DNA from: Dehalococcoidia bacterium
GTDB lineage: Bacteria; Chloroflexota; Dehalococcoidia; GIF9; UBA5629
DNA length: 64,000 bases
Direction of reading: 5' to 3'
NCBI GenBank assembly: GCA_050011565.1
Contig: JBEKIW010000001.1
Coordinates: 416,001 to 480,000, forward strand
This document shows, in pieces, positions 29,035 to 38,781 of the stretch. The notes under the pieces were generated by a model. That model did no database searches. It was not told the DNA's origin and worked only from the letters and a program-made list of their open reading frames with translations. A program made the translations under genes and the position numbers. The number at the start of each line of letters is the position of its first letter. The first letter of the stretch is position 1.

Positions 29035-29283
29035 TTTGCCCCCTGTGAAACCTACGCCTAATCCTGACTACTTCGCCCAGGTTCCGAACTTTCTCCCACA
29101 TTTTGCATTCTACACCCAGGACTATTTACCGACAAGAGGAAACCAAGGAGGTGCACGATTGAACTTTTCGCCCTTTTGTTGGGCCTTCATAGGAGGTCAG
29201 GCGGGTAGGCGGATTAACTGCCAAAAAACCCTTCTATTGCTCTGGTTTCCGTTGCCAGGTGTCTCTTGCTGAGTTTATCATTG

Positions 29284-29661
29284 CTATAACCAGCCGTCAT
29301 GCTCGTCAAGCAACTCAGTAATGATCCATTTACCTCTATCTGTGCTACCCCAGAAAGATTGGGTGGTACGCGGGGCATAGTATTTCTTTATCAATGCCCG
29401 CACCGCGTTCCGGAATGCTCCTTCATCTTTGGCGGACACCGTAACCACCGTCTGGGTGATCTCCTCGAGGGTGCTCTCCATGGTTTCCTCTCTCATCACA
29501 TCTCCTTCCACCTTCAGATTCTTGCTTACCACTTCTTCCAGTGAGATATTCACCCCATGCTTTCTGGATATGTTGTCCAGGTCATTTTTTTTGATGGGCA
29601 CTGCAGGACCGCAAGTGGGACCGAGAGGTAACCATCTGAGCTTAGCCATGATTTCTTCCAT
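29284..29661 (-). CDS. hypothetical protein, coupled to upstream flavoprotein
   Basis: GAGAGGAG RBS before MEEIMAK; adjacent to stop of 29666 ORF. Confidence 0.6.
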   Translation of the reverse strand: MEEIMAKLRWLPLGPTCGPAVPIKKNDLDNISRKHGVNISLEEVVSKNLKVEGDVMREETMESTLEEITQTVVTVSAKDEGAFRNAVRALIKKYYAPRTTQSFWGSTDRGKWIITELLDEHDGWL

Positions 29662-29665
29662 GTTA

Positions 29666-30559
29666 CTATCTCCTCTCATCTGGCATTACCTGCTCCCGTT
29701 CGATTTTAAGATAGTCTTTATACCTCCTCCGTTTTTCCTTAAGAATCGGCCACGTTCTTACAAAGAAGTCTTTCGAGGGTTTTATTTCATATGTTATGTG
29801 GCGATATGCGGTCTGTTCCGCAAAACGACTCCATTTAGTCTCCTCTTCGGGGAAATGAATCATGATCTTGCCATTCTCAATTCTGAGCTGGCCACGGATA
29901 CCACAGGTGGGGCACTCCACCGACTCATTATCTTTAAAAATACGGATGATACGGTCATGGCAGACGGGGCATACCCCAGGATCTCCCAGATATTTATTGT
30001 TCCCGGTTTTAATCGCTGTGGCTACTTCAACACCGATTTTATGTGCTTTGTCCAGAGCTCTCTGGTCATTTGCTGCCTCGGCCATAGCCTGCATATGGAT
30101 CAGAACCTGGTCGATAATTTCCATTCCCAACTGTTTGAGCAGTATGGTTGGCTGAAGAAAAGAGTAGGATGTCCAACCCCGCGTGGCGTAAGGAATTATG
30201 ATACCAGCCGGCTTTCCCCTCATTTGACTAGGTTGACTTGATAGCACAAACAGACGATCTATGAACTGCTTTACTATTGCTGCAACCTCCAGGATATAGC
30301 ACGGAGCGCCGAAAATAACACCATCAAACTGATACATCTTCTTCAGTAAGTAGTCGTGGTCGTCCTTATCTTTATTTTTGCACTCTCTCCCCATGAACAT
30401 ACAGGTTGCATCCCCTTCGCAAGGGAGTATTTTGTAGTCTGTCCACCTTATGATATCCACTTCAGCCCCTTGTTCCTGAGCGCCCATCAATGCTTCCTTG
30501 ACCAATATCTCCGTATTACCTAGCCGCCTATGGCTCGCCACAATGCCTAAAACCTTCAT
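29666..30559 (-). CDS. iron-sulfur flavoprotein / flavodoxin-fold reductase with C-terminal CxxC pairs
   Basis: MKVLGIVASHRRLGNT FMN loop, PCEGDATC...C, KQFIDR, CPVC/CPTC. Confidence 0.82.
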   Translation of the reverse strand: MKVLGIVASHRRLGNTEILVKEALMGAQEQGAEVDIIRWTDYKILPCEGDATCMFMGRECKNKDKDDHDYLLKKMYQFDGVIFGAPCYILEVAAIVKQFIDRLFVLSSQPSQMRGKPAGIIIPYATRGWTSYSFLQPTILLKQLGMEIIDQVLIHMQAMAEAANDQRALDKAHKIGVEVATAIKTGNNKYLGDPGVCPVCHDRIIRIFKDNESVECPTCGIRGQLRIENGKIMIHFPEEETKWSRFAEQTAYRHITYEIKPSKDFFVRTWPILKEKRRRYKDYLKIEREQVMPDERR

Positions 30560-30873
30560 GAATGTTTCACTCCTTTCCAGTTAGTCACTCAATCTCGATA
30601 TCTATAACGCGAAGCTCGGTTCCACCTACAGTTTGAATATCTTCCCCATGGCACTTGGACTCTCATGGTGTACGAAGTCCGCCGAGTAGAATTCGAATTC
30701 CTTCCTGTAATTCTCATTCTACCTTGAGAATTGTTTGACAGCAAGTGGGAAGAAAGAGAAATAATCTACAGTTGCACTTTCCGCTAGATTGTGCAATTAG
30801 ACATAGAGAAATTCGTGGTCAAATCATCACCTACACGTTTCTTACATCGAGCGCCGAGACTCGCCACTACGAT

Positions 30874-31260
30874 TTACGGTTTAAAGTAGCGACGCGGAAA
30901 GGCTCCATTTCCCGGCGGAAGTTCCCAATGCTGTCTTTCATAGTCTATGAGCCTTTCTGCTTCCATCCGTTGAGCAGTCTCGCCGTTGCTCACCGTTGCA
31001 AAGCGGAATTGGAGGTTACACTCATGCTGCCAAAGCCGCTTCTCAGCTAGGGAAGCATTCGAAATGCGCCCTAAGAGCCTTCTCCTTAGGCTTGGAGTAT
31101 TCCTTGCCGCTGAGCCGATGTATATTATTTTGGAAGCACCTTTCAGTCTCCCGAATTCGCGGTCTATCCCAATCTGGTATATTCCGGGAAGGTCTGGAAC
31201 AAGTTCATTGACAATCGGCGGCGTCAGCCGATACCATTCTGACCAACTGAGTTCATCCAT
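30874..31260 (-). CDS. stand-alone GIY-YIG-like protein
   Basis: PGIYQI...IIYIGSA...LRRRL...E...LPPGN; GGAGG RBS before MDELSW. Confidence 0.7.
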   Translation of the reverse strand: MDELSWSEWYRLTPPIVNELVPDLPGIYQIGIDREFGRLKGASKIIYIGSAARNTPSLRRRLLGRISNASLAEKRLWQHECNLQFRFATVSNGETAQRMEAERLIDYERQHWELPPGNGAFPRRYFKP

Positions 31261-31554
31261 ACTCAGACCTCCTTCATGTACTGTGATTTGCCTCGACAAG
31301 GCGTATTTGTAGCATAATTTTAGCATTGCTAGAGAGTAAGTGGGTCCTTTCATTATACTGAGTTGCAGATGGCATCGCTACACAATCTGAGTCTTTGTGA
31401 CCTTCAGGTCACCTAATATCTTATAATGTCACCGTAGCTAAATTACAGACTGCAGAGGTATTCAAGGTCCCCTGCGAAACTTAGAGGTTCCCCAGACGCT
31501 TTACCAAATATAACAATTATCATTCACAAATATTATGCGGGACTTTTAACAAGT

Positions 31555-32568
31555 TCAGGAGAGAATGGAAAGCTTTTTTTCGAACTCCTCTAGGCCGATC
31601 AATCGCAAAAGGATATGGCGTACAGTGTAGCTATCGATTTTTGTCTGGTTTGTCACCCTTGTCTGCGTGATCACAAACTCGTCAAGGGTGACTTTCCTGA
31701 CCCAACGGGTCGCCAAGTCAATGTAGATGTCTCCCTTGTATTCGGAACCGCCTTCCGTCACGATCTCTTGATCCGTGGCAAACGGCATAATCATCTTCAG
31801 CGTGCTTTCGCCGGAATCATACGCGACGAGTGCACAGGGGACCCCATCGACAACGCTGACCCCTTTCAGTTCTAATGTGACCTCGCCATTGCGGAAAACC
31901 GAACCCGGCTTAACCCCGGCACCCAGATTGACCGGTGCCTCGATGAAGGCCGCGGCGTGGACAATTCTTTGACCGATAGCTTTGAGGTCCTGGACTCCCC
32001 TACCAAACATCATCGGTCGTGCAAACACGTCATTGAAACCGTGGAAATCAATGAAATTATTATATATGGCATAACGAATCTCCACTGGAAGTATATTGCC
32101 CAGACTATCCGCGATATCCTCGAATTTACTGTGTGGAATGCCGAACATCGGTCCCCTCTCGTCCATCCCAGAAAGACTCGGATTGAACACGTAGGTCCAA
32201 CCCCTGAGCACAGGAATCGTCACCGCCGGCCCAGTATTGATTTGCAGCCCGAACTCCGGACATGTGTATTCATCTCCGTTTTTTCCCGATAGTGCCGCTG
32301 GAACGCAGCGGAGCTTGAGAATGTAAGTTTCGGTGCCCGTACGCTTTCCATTGAATCCTATGTGGATGAACTGGGTTTCCATGTGGAAATGCTGGGACTC
32401 TGGTTTTCGTTCGGCGGAAAGGTCAAATGGACCTTTGAGGTCTTGAATAAGGCGAGCTGATATATTCTGTTCTCTGCCTGCTTGAACGTCATTTCTTTGT
32501 GGTTTACCACATTTCAAACAGAAATCTGTCTCGCCTGGCAATTCAGCGCCACAGATCATACAAAACAT
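31555..32568 (-). CDS. zinc-ribbon-domain protein
   Basis: MFCMICGAELP..TDFCLKCG N-terminus; remainder unknown. Confidence 0.7.
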   Translation of the reverse strand: MFCMICGAELPGETDFCLKCGKPQRNDVQAGREQNISARLIQDLKGPFDLSAERKPESQHFHMETQFIHIGFNGKRTGTETYILKLRCVPAALSGKNGDEYTCPEFGLQINTGPAVTIPVLRGWTYVFNPSLSGMDERGPMFGIPHSKFEDIADSLGNILPVEIRYAIYNNFIDFHGFNDVFARPMMFGRGVQDLKAIGQRIVHAAAFIEAPVNLGAGVKPGSVFRNGEVTLELKGVSVVDGVPCALVAYDSGESTLKMIMPFATDQEIVTEGGSEYKGDIYIDLATRWVRKVTLDEFVITQTRVTNQTKIDSYTVRHILLRLIGLEEFEKKLSILS

Positions 32569-32929
32569 AACTTAGCCTCACTTAACCCTATCAATTAGAT
32601 CGAAACTGCAAATGGTCTGAATTATATGCCGATTTTAAGCCTTTGGCGAATATACTACAACACGAACGTATTTTGCTTGAATACATCCCTGTTAGGTATC
32701 TTCGGAACTTTGTGTAAAATAGGGCTCAATGAACAATTGTCAGAATTGTTACTCGGTAGCAACTGGTGAGTTTCTTACATCTCCAGAGTGTGCTCCAAAA
32801 TGGGGGGCTTGTTGCTGAACTACAAACGGGTGTAGAATGAGCCTAACCAGAAGGACTTGGTTTCGGCCCGGTTGATTTAGCATAAGTCTGAAAGTTATCT
32901 GCCACTTTTTACGAAAGAGGCTTGTGGCT

Positions 32930-33058
32930 ATGCTCCCTGCGGAATTCGTGGCAAAATGGGATCGAGTTAGGCTAAGAGAGCGGCAATCATCACACGAACA
33001 CTTCATTGACCTTTGCCGTGTCCTTGGAGTGCCGACTCCGGCCGAGTGGGCCGACTAG
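32930..33058 (+). pseudogene. N-terminal remnant of MmeI-like (type IIL/IIG) restriction-methylase
   Basis: MLPAEFVAKWDRVRLRERQSSHEHFIDLCRVLGVPTPAE then stop; matches the family N-terminal pattern EF..KW...L.ER...Q.HFIDLC..LG.P.P. Confidence 0.7.
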
Positions 33059-33180
33059 GTTGACCATTTTCTTCTGCTACCTGCCTGCAGTACAGTTGAG
33101 ACAGCCACCTGTCACAGGTCCGGTATTCGTTTTCACCATCCCGATCAGTTGTTCAAGGCAGAGATAGAATATCCGGTAGA

Positions 33181-33714
33181 TTACTTAACCACCTCGGCTG
33201 TTGTCTGCTTCTGGGTCTGCAAAATGCCCGGCAAAGCATCCTGATTGGGAATAACCATCGTGATCATGAGTATGCCTTTGTCGCTGGGCGCTGTTACGAC
33301 TTGTGCCTTTCCCGTTGGGTCCTTGTATATCATGCCCTTGGAGACCAATACAATTTCAACCGGGTTCGTCTTGGCCTGCGAACTGGTAAAGTTAAAGAAA
33401 TTATCCGTATTCATGGCAAAAGCGGAGATAGTCCAGAGCTGGGTTGTCATAGACGTCACGCGAAGCGGATGCTGGCTTACGTCGTAAATACAGAGTGAAT
33501 AAATATCATCAGGCGCCGGTCTGACCACGTCCGTGCTCTGGTCTGTAATCGGCGGTTGGAAAACCCACTGGTTGCTGGGAAAGTTGAACTTCTTGGTAAT
33601 TGTTGCTTCCATTATCGCGGTGGGAAGACTGATCGCGACGATCAGGTTTACAATGACGGCCACAACGATGACGGCTAATAGCGTCCATCCTATCCACGGT
33701 ATCCATTTCTTCAT
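33181..33714 (-). CDS. DUF1254 family protein
   Basis: N-terminal TM; VVRPAPDDIYSLCIYDVS motif. Confidence 0.78.
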   Translation of the reverse strand: MKKWIPWIGWTLLAVIVVAVIVNLIVAISLPTAIMEATITKKFNFPSNQWVFQPPITDQSTDVVRPAPDDIYSLCIYDVSQHPLRVTSMTTQLWTISAFAMNTDNFFNFTSSQAKTNPVEIVLVSKGMIYKDPTGKAQVVTAPSDKGILMITMVIPNQDALPGILQTQKQTTAEVVK

Positions 33715-34316
33715 TATTGGCAGCCCTCCTTGACGATGTCCGGCAGCTGCGCTGCCTTCAGTGCATTGGCGGTCGAGTAAGCAGTCCCGGAGTCATGCAG
33801 GCGGAGGTACACATTCAGTGTTTTAGCGTTGCCAGTTGGCAGCCAGTTCCCCTGCTTCTGCGTCCTCGACAGGTATATTTTGAAACTGCCGTCAGGCTCA
33901 AACTTGATATCGGTGGAACTGAACGACCAGCGGTTCTGGTCATTGGCTATCAGGAAGCCATTCTCGTTGTAAACAGTGACATTCCAATATCCTGACTTGG
34001 GCGCCGGGCCCTGTATCACATAGTCACAGTTGGCCGCCAGCGGCTGCCCGCTGTCATCGGTGTAAGCGGCCAGGTAAATGCTTAAGGATGCGCTTACTGC
34101 CATAAGCCCGTTTTCAGCGACCCAGGCCTTGATATAGGGATTTGCACCGCTGCTGCCATAGGCCAGGTTGGTTGTCCAGGGTCCGTTCTTGATGTTGCTC
34201 CCACTGGTGACCAGATTGGCAACGGGGTTTACGGTGACAAAGCCGATGGCAGCGCCCGCAACCAAGGCTATCGCGGCAGCTATCAGGAACTTGTAGATGG
34301 CTTTTATGTTAATCAC
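33714..34316 (-). CDS. DUF1214 family protein
   Basis: DDSGQPL..NCDY, YWNVTVY, DGSFKIYLS, GNWLP, YLRL motifs. Confidence 0.82.
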   Translation of the reverse strand: MINIKAIYKFLIAAAIALVAGAAIGFVTVNPVANLVTSGSNIKNGPWTTNLAYGSSGANPYIKAWVAENGLMAVSASLSIYLAAYTDDSGQPLAANCDYVIQGPAPKSGYWNVTVYNENGFLIANDQNRWSFSSTDIKFEPDGSFKIYLSRTQKQGNWLPTGNAKTLNVYLRLHDSGTAYSTANALKAAQLPDIVKEGCQ

Positions 34317-34319
34317 CTC

Positions 34320-34446
34320 CTATATATTTGTAACTAGAGCGATGAAAGCGATGAAAGCGATGAGGATGATGGCAGTCCAAGCCGGTCATGCCCTTCTGTT
34401 CTTTCAGGAGTATAAGCCGTATATATGTGAATAACCTATTATACAC
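34320..34446 (-). pseudogene. frameshifted archaellin-like class III signal-peptide remnant
   Basis: ...LLKEQKG-MTGL[frameshift]TAIILIAFIAFIALV; restoring 2 nt gives KGMTGLETAIILIAF. Confidence 0.6.
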
Positions 34447-34743
34447 AGCTAACCATGCACGCACAAGGGCCGTTCGGTACAATAAATATGACCCGTTAGG
34501 TCAATAAGGTGCTTCGTAAATGCGGCTTGCCAGGGCACAAGATGATAGTTGTGTTTCAGGCGGAGTTCGACCCTGCCTCGCCTCCCCGTCTATTGACCTC
34601 TCCCCTACACAATCCGTCAAATTGTGCGGTACGGGTTCAGTGGAAGAATCTTTGGAAAACACTGCCGGGCCACCACAGTTTTTTTCAAACTGATTGACGA
34701 ACATAACTCCTGCCGCTATAGTAAGAACTGGACAGAGTAACTA

Positions 34744-35469
34744 TTGACGGAGAGATTCATGCGTTTCTTGGATTTGGATTTGGATTTCTTCCTGAATGAC
34801 AACGCTTACTGCAGCGAATGTGACAAATGTGACAGCGGAAGGCTAGGTTCAGAGTATAAGCCATGGAGTGCCTCTAAGGTACGGCACTTTCTTGAGGAGA
34901 GATGTGGCCTCTCACCTGATGCCCCGGTACAGGGGCGCACGGTAGAAAGTCATGATGGAGTATTTGACTTCTGGCGTACGCTCATTGAATCTGGTGGTCT
35001 CAGGGTACCATTTGAAGTGATACACATAGATGCTCACCCCGACCTGTGGGTAGGGGGCGGGCTGTATCTGAGGTCAGAGTTTCTGCATGTTGACTCGGAA
35101 CGTGGGCTTGCGATGCTCAATAGAAAACACGTTCATTCGGGTAACTACTTGACTTTTGCCATTGCGTACGGATGGATAGCCTCTCTTGTGTGGGTTCCTC
35201 TCCGCAAGCACTTGAAAGGTCTGCCCAAATGGGACGGTGATGCAAGGTCCGATTTAATACAGTTCAAGAAGAGAAAAGGTGAAGGCCCTATCCAAGAGTT
35301 ACCCGTGGTAGAAAGGGACCCCGGTGTTCCCTTCAAGATATTACCCTGGCATAAGTTCAGAACAAGTGAAACATTTGACTACATTGCGTTTAGCAGATCG
35401 CCGAACTTTACTCCGCCTGAAAGTGACGAATTGATCCCCATCGTTGAGGGGTACATGAGACAAATATGA
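34744..35469 (+). CDS. UPF0489 family protein
   Basis: LDLDLDFF, ESHD, IHIDAHPDL, SRSPNFTP. Confidence 0.75.
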   Translation: MTERFMRFLDLDLDFFLNDNAYCSECDKCDSGRLGSEYKPWSASKVRHFLEERCGLSPDAPVQGRTVESHDGVFDFWRTLIESGGLRVPFEVIHIDAHPDLWVGGGLYLRSEFLHVDSERGLAMLNRKHVHSGNYLTFAIAYGWIASLVWVPLRKHLKGLPKWDGDARSDLIQFKKRKGEGPIQELPVVERDPGVPFKILPWHKFRTSETFDYIAFSRSPNFTPPESDELIPIVEGYMRQI

Positions 35470-35798
35470 TTCAACATTCTTTGCGCTCTCATATGTTATT
35501 TGCGGATATATGTACTTGCGTCCAGTGCCCTTGGCTACCCACTGCCTGCTCCTGAGGCTATGATGGTGCATGGACTAACTTAGAAAATGGTAACACTTCG
35601 GGGGGCAGGTCAACTAGCACGGTCAATATGCCTTAGAGATTAGCATAGATTGTCTTGGTTGTTTGTTAAGCGGCCGGGAGCTCCCTTGAACGTACAATAC
35701 AGCGATTCTGCTAACAAAAAGCCAAACCGTGTGACCGTTTACGGAGTTGTCGGCGAGCTAAAAGCCCTGTGTGACTGGTAAGATTTGCGGTTTAAGAC

Positions 35799-36341
35799 CT
35801 AGGTAGCTCTCGGTTTTAGTGGGCGTAATGACTTAAACCATTTATTCTCATCAGCATATTGATTAAGTTTATCTCTTAATTCCTGGGTATTGTTTGCTTC
35901 TTCTTGTTTTACCAAATAAGGTCCAGTTTTCTTTCGATTCGGAAGTTCAGATTCACCCACTCCTTTGCTGACAAGACTTGTATAGATCGTTATCAGAGCC
36001 TCAAGTATTCTAGTCTCAACAGATTCCGGCCCAGGATGAATAAAACACAATCCATCCACATTTTCAACGAGAAATGAACGAATGACGTCTGCAATTATGA
36101 TATCCTGCTTCTCTGCCTCACTATCTAAAACTTCAAAGATTAACTTTTTATTATTCCTTAAGATGAAATATACGTCTGGCTGATAATTCACAACAAGTTT
36201 TGAACGAGCCTCAACTATTGAAAGAGGGCGCTCACTACCACGATAAACTTTCTTAATTTTCTTCTGACTTCTCCAATCACTACCTAATGTAATTAAGCAG
36301 GCCTCAACTTTTCTATGATATTCCGTAGCCATGACAATCAC
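35799..36341 (-). CDS. hypothetical protein with PD-(D/E)xK-like motif
   Basis: YQPDVYFILRNNKKLIFEVLDS resembles PD...(D/E)x(K); low GC. Confidence 0.55.
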   Translation of the reverse strand: MIVMATEYHRKVEACLITLGSDWRSQKKIKKVYRGSERPLSIVEARSKLVVNYQPDVYFILRNNKKLIFEVLDSEAEKQDIIIADVIRSFLVENVDGLCFIHPGPESVETRILEALITIYTSLVSKGVGESELPNRKKTGPYLVKQEEANNTQELRDKLNQYADENKWFKSLRPLKPRAT

Positions 36342-36451
36342 TATCGTCGGGCGAGAAATGAAACCCTTTTTTTCCTCTTACTCCCTTTAGGACGGATATA
36401 AAAAGTAACTCGTTTTCTTCTTGTCTTCTTGCTGCCTTTCTTGTCTGCCAT
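36341..36451 (-). CDS. very basic 36-aa peptide
   Basis: MADKKGSKKTRRKRVTFYIRPKGSKRKKRVSFLARR; AGGTGA RBS; stop overlaps next start. Confidence 0.6.
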   Translation of the reverse strand: MADKKGSKKTRRKRVTFYIRPKGSKRKKRVSFLARR

Positions 36452-36654
36452 AAAATCACCTAACTCTGCTAAATATTGCCACTGGTATTATATGGAACTT
36501 ATTACCAGGAAATCAATTGAGCAGACCATCTGTATAGTGGCCTACGGTGTTGTTAAACTCCTGAATTAGACTTTATTGAACATTACATCGTTTTGTTAAC
36601 TGCCAGCTGTACCTCTGGTTACACACTTAGAAAAACAATCTGCAGACTCGTTAC

Positions 36655-37322
36655 AATCACTCACACACCCGCACACACGGTTTACACTCCAAAAAAATTG
36701 TTCACACACCCGATACACACCTTTTACACTCGGAAAAATCGCTCACATACCCCATACACACCGTTTACACACCCTTTACATATAAAGTTACAAATTAGTG
36801 TGACACTATCCTGTAACTTTAGTTACAAAACAATGTAGCAGAAACTTGCAACCTTGTATGTGGAGTGAAGGTGAAGCAGATGAAATCTATGACTACGGTG
36901 GTTTTCTGAGTGTGATGGTGAAAGTGAAGGATTTTTCCTTGAGTGTAAAACGATAGTGAAGGGAGAGTAAAGGTTTTTCCTTCGAGTGTAGACCGATAGT
37001 GAAGGGAGAGTAAAGGAAAATGAAGGTCGTATCCGTCTAAATCAAGCGAGTGTAAGGTTGAGTATAAAAGGAGAGTAAGTCGAGAGTAAAGAAATTTTCT
37101 CCGAGTGTAAAGTGATAGTGAAGGGAGAGTAAAGAAAAATGAAGGTCGTATCCGTCTAAATCAAGCGAGTGTAAGGTTGAGTATAAAAGGAGAGTAAGTC
37201 GAGAGTAAAGAAATTTTCTCCGAGTGTAAAGTGATAGTGAAGGGAGAGTGAAGCCCCAGTGACTGATAGTGAAGGGAGAGTAGATGAGAGTAAGGAGAGT
37301 AAAGGTTTTCGCTTTACACTCG
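36655..37322. repeat. inverted arrays of ~11-bp phased boxes (GAGWGTRAAG-like) around a central palindrome; includes a 119-bp tandem duplication
   Basis: Left C/A-rich copies (TTTACACTC), right G/A-rich copies (GAGTGTAAA, GATAGTGAAGG, GAGAGTAAAG); TGTAACT-TT-AGTTACA at 36812-36827. Confidence 0.9.
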
Positions 37323-37448
37323 AATTCAGTTTATTTTTTCAGTTTTTAAAATCAATGATTTTCGGATAACACCAAACAAAACGATGTTTCGTGCAAAAGG
37401 GTGTAGTCTCATGCCCTCTTTTTCGTCAAAGGCGCCTTGCGTATTCGG

Positions 37449-38054
37449 TTATTCATCCTTTATGCATAGGCAGCTCTGGAAAAGTCCCAGATACAGATTT
37501 CTTCTTTCAACCACACGAAATCCAGATTCTACCAATGTCTTGAATAATTCCGGCCACTCAAATCTAGACTCCATAGGATGATGAATTTTAAGAAAATGCT
37601 CTAAATTGTCCAAGGCTTTTTTACGTGGCTCATGAACTAATAGAACTCCGCCACATTTCAGTACTCTATTTATCTCTTTAAGAGCAATGCGCCATTCAGG
37701 TACATGGTGAAGAACATCAAAGGCAAAAACCGCATCAAATTTCTCCGATGGTAGTAAAATATGAGTTACGTCCCCCACAAATAGATTCGCTGGCAATCCC
37801 CTTTGCCTGGCAAGCTCAATCTCCTCCGGCAAAACATCGAAAGCGAAAAGTTCTTTCGGTTGGAACTCCTCCATTATCAGCTGTGAGCTATAACCAGAAC
37901 CACAGCCAACATCCAGTATTACCTTGTTGGTTAAATCAATATGATTGTCCTTAAGGTACTGTTTAAAAGACCTAAACTCATAGTGTTTTTGGCAGACTTC
38001 CCTCACCACACTATTGACAAGCCTTAATTCTTTTCTATCTATAGCTGAGTACAA
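37449..38054 (-). CDS. class I SAM-dependent methyltransferase
   Basis: ILDVGCGSG, FDAVF..DVLHHV, INRVLKCGG. Confidence 0.88.
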   Translation of the reverse strand: MYSAIDRKELRLVNSVVREVCQKHYEFRSFKQYLKDNHIDLTNKVILDVGCGSGYSSQLIMEEFQPKELFAFDVLPEEIELARQRGLPANLFVGDVTHILLPSEKFDAVFAFDVLHHVPEWRIALKEINRVLKCGGVLLVHEPRKKALDNLEHFLKIHHPMESRFEWPELFKTLVESGFRVVERRNLYLGLFQSCLCIKDE

Positions 38055-38301
38055 AGTAACTCCTCAGTTTGAATAGATACCCAGGGATGAAAACCTGTAC
38101 ATTCAACAGCCATGTAAGTCTCGTTTGGTTGCGGTGTTTTCTCCATTATACACCGAGTCCGATCCAAAATAATGCCAGTGGTTGCTAATAAGGTTAGACC
38201 TTTTGACATTGGGAACAGCAGCTGCCATGACTCCAAAAATGGGGGCAAGTACATTAATCCAGAATGTAACATTCTATCTGGATTAGTTTTTGGGGGTCAG
38301 G

Positions 38302-38781
38302 TCATGTTGATGCAGGGAATGGCGGTTTATGGGTAATACCCGCTACCTTAAGAGACTTATTGCGCAGCTTTTCCAGGTATCCATATAATTCCTTGCGCTC
38401 TTGCTTTGTAAGGATTGATAAGACCTGGTTAATAGTCTTTCTATTCAATGAAATATTATAGGCCTGGCGGCCTTTGGGAGTTATGGTAACTCTGACTAGG
38501 TTCTTCTTGTGAAGGTTTTTGGTCCTCTTGATAAGACCATCTTTCTCCATCCTGTCCAGCAAACCAGATACAGAGTGAGGCCGGCGCACGATCCATCTGG
38601 AAATTTCAGCCGGTGTGGCTTCATTGCCGATGGAGTCAATAATAAATAGCGCAGCCGCTTTGATCGTAGATAAACCGTGTTGTTCTAGCTCTCTGTCCCG
38701 AGCGAGTGTGATACCTGAATGAACCTGCTCCAGCATTGTCCATAGGTTATAGATTTCATCAGTAGAATAACTCCCTTTCAT
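38302..38781 (-). CDS. MarR-family transcriptional regulator
   Basis: TPAEISRW...SVSGLLDRMEKDGLIKR...VTITPKG wHTH. Confidence 0.88.
   Translation of the reverse strand: MKGSYSTDEIYNLWTMLEQVHSGITLARDRELEQHGLSTIKAAALFIIDSIGNEATPAEISRWIVRRPHSVSGLLDRMEKDGLIKRTKNLHKKNLVRVTITPKGRQAYNISLNRKTINQVLSILTKQERKELYGYLEKLRNKSLKVAGITHKPPFPAST

Noticed and set aside
34309-34389. His-rich leader peptide MTGLDCHHPHRFHRFHR (attenuator)
   Set aside because: No terminator/antiterminator and no His-related genes; better explained as the shifted frame of the archaellin-like remnant
36593-36838. 81-aa His/Thr/Pro-rich ORF
   Set aside because: It is the translation of the left repeat arm; TTG start without RBS; the mirror arm is non-coding
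36655-37322. CRISPR array
   Set aside because: No constant repeat alternating with unique 30-40 bp spacers; intervening segments are duplicated or made of the same boxes; no cas genes in the window
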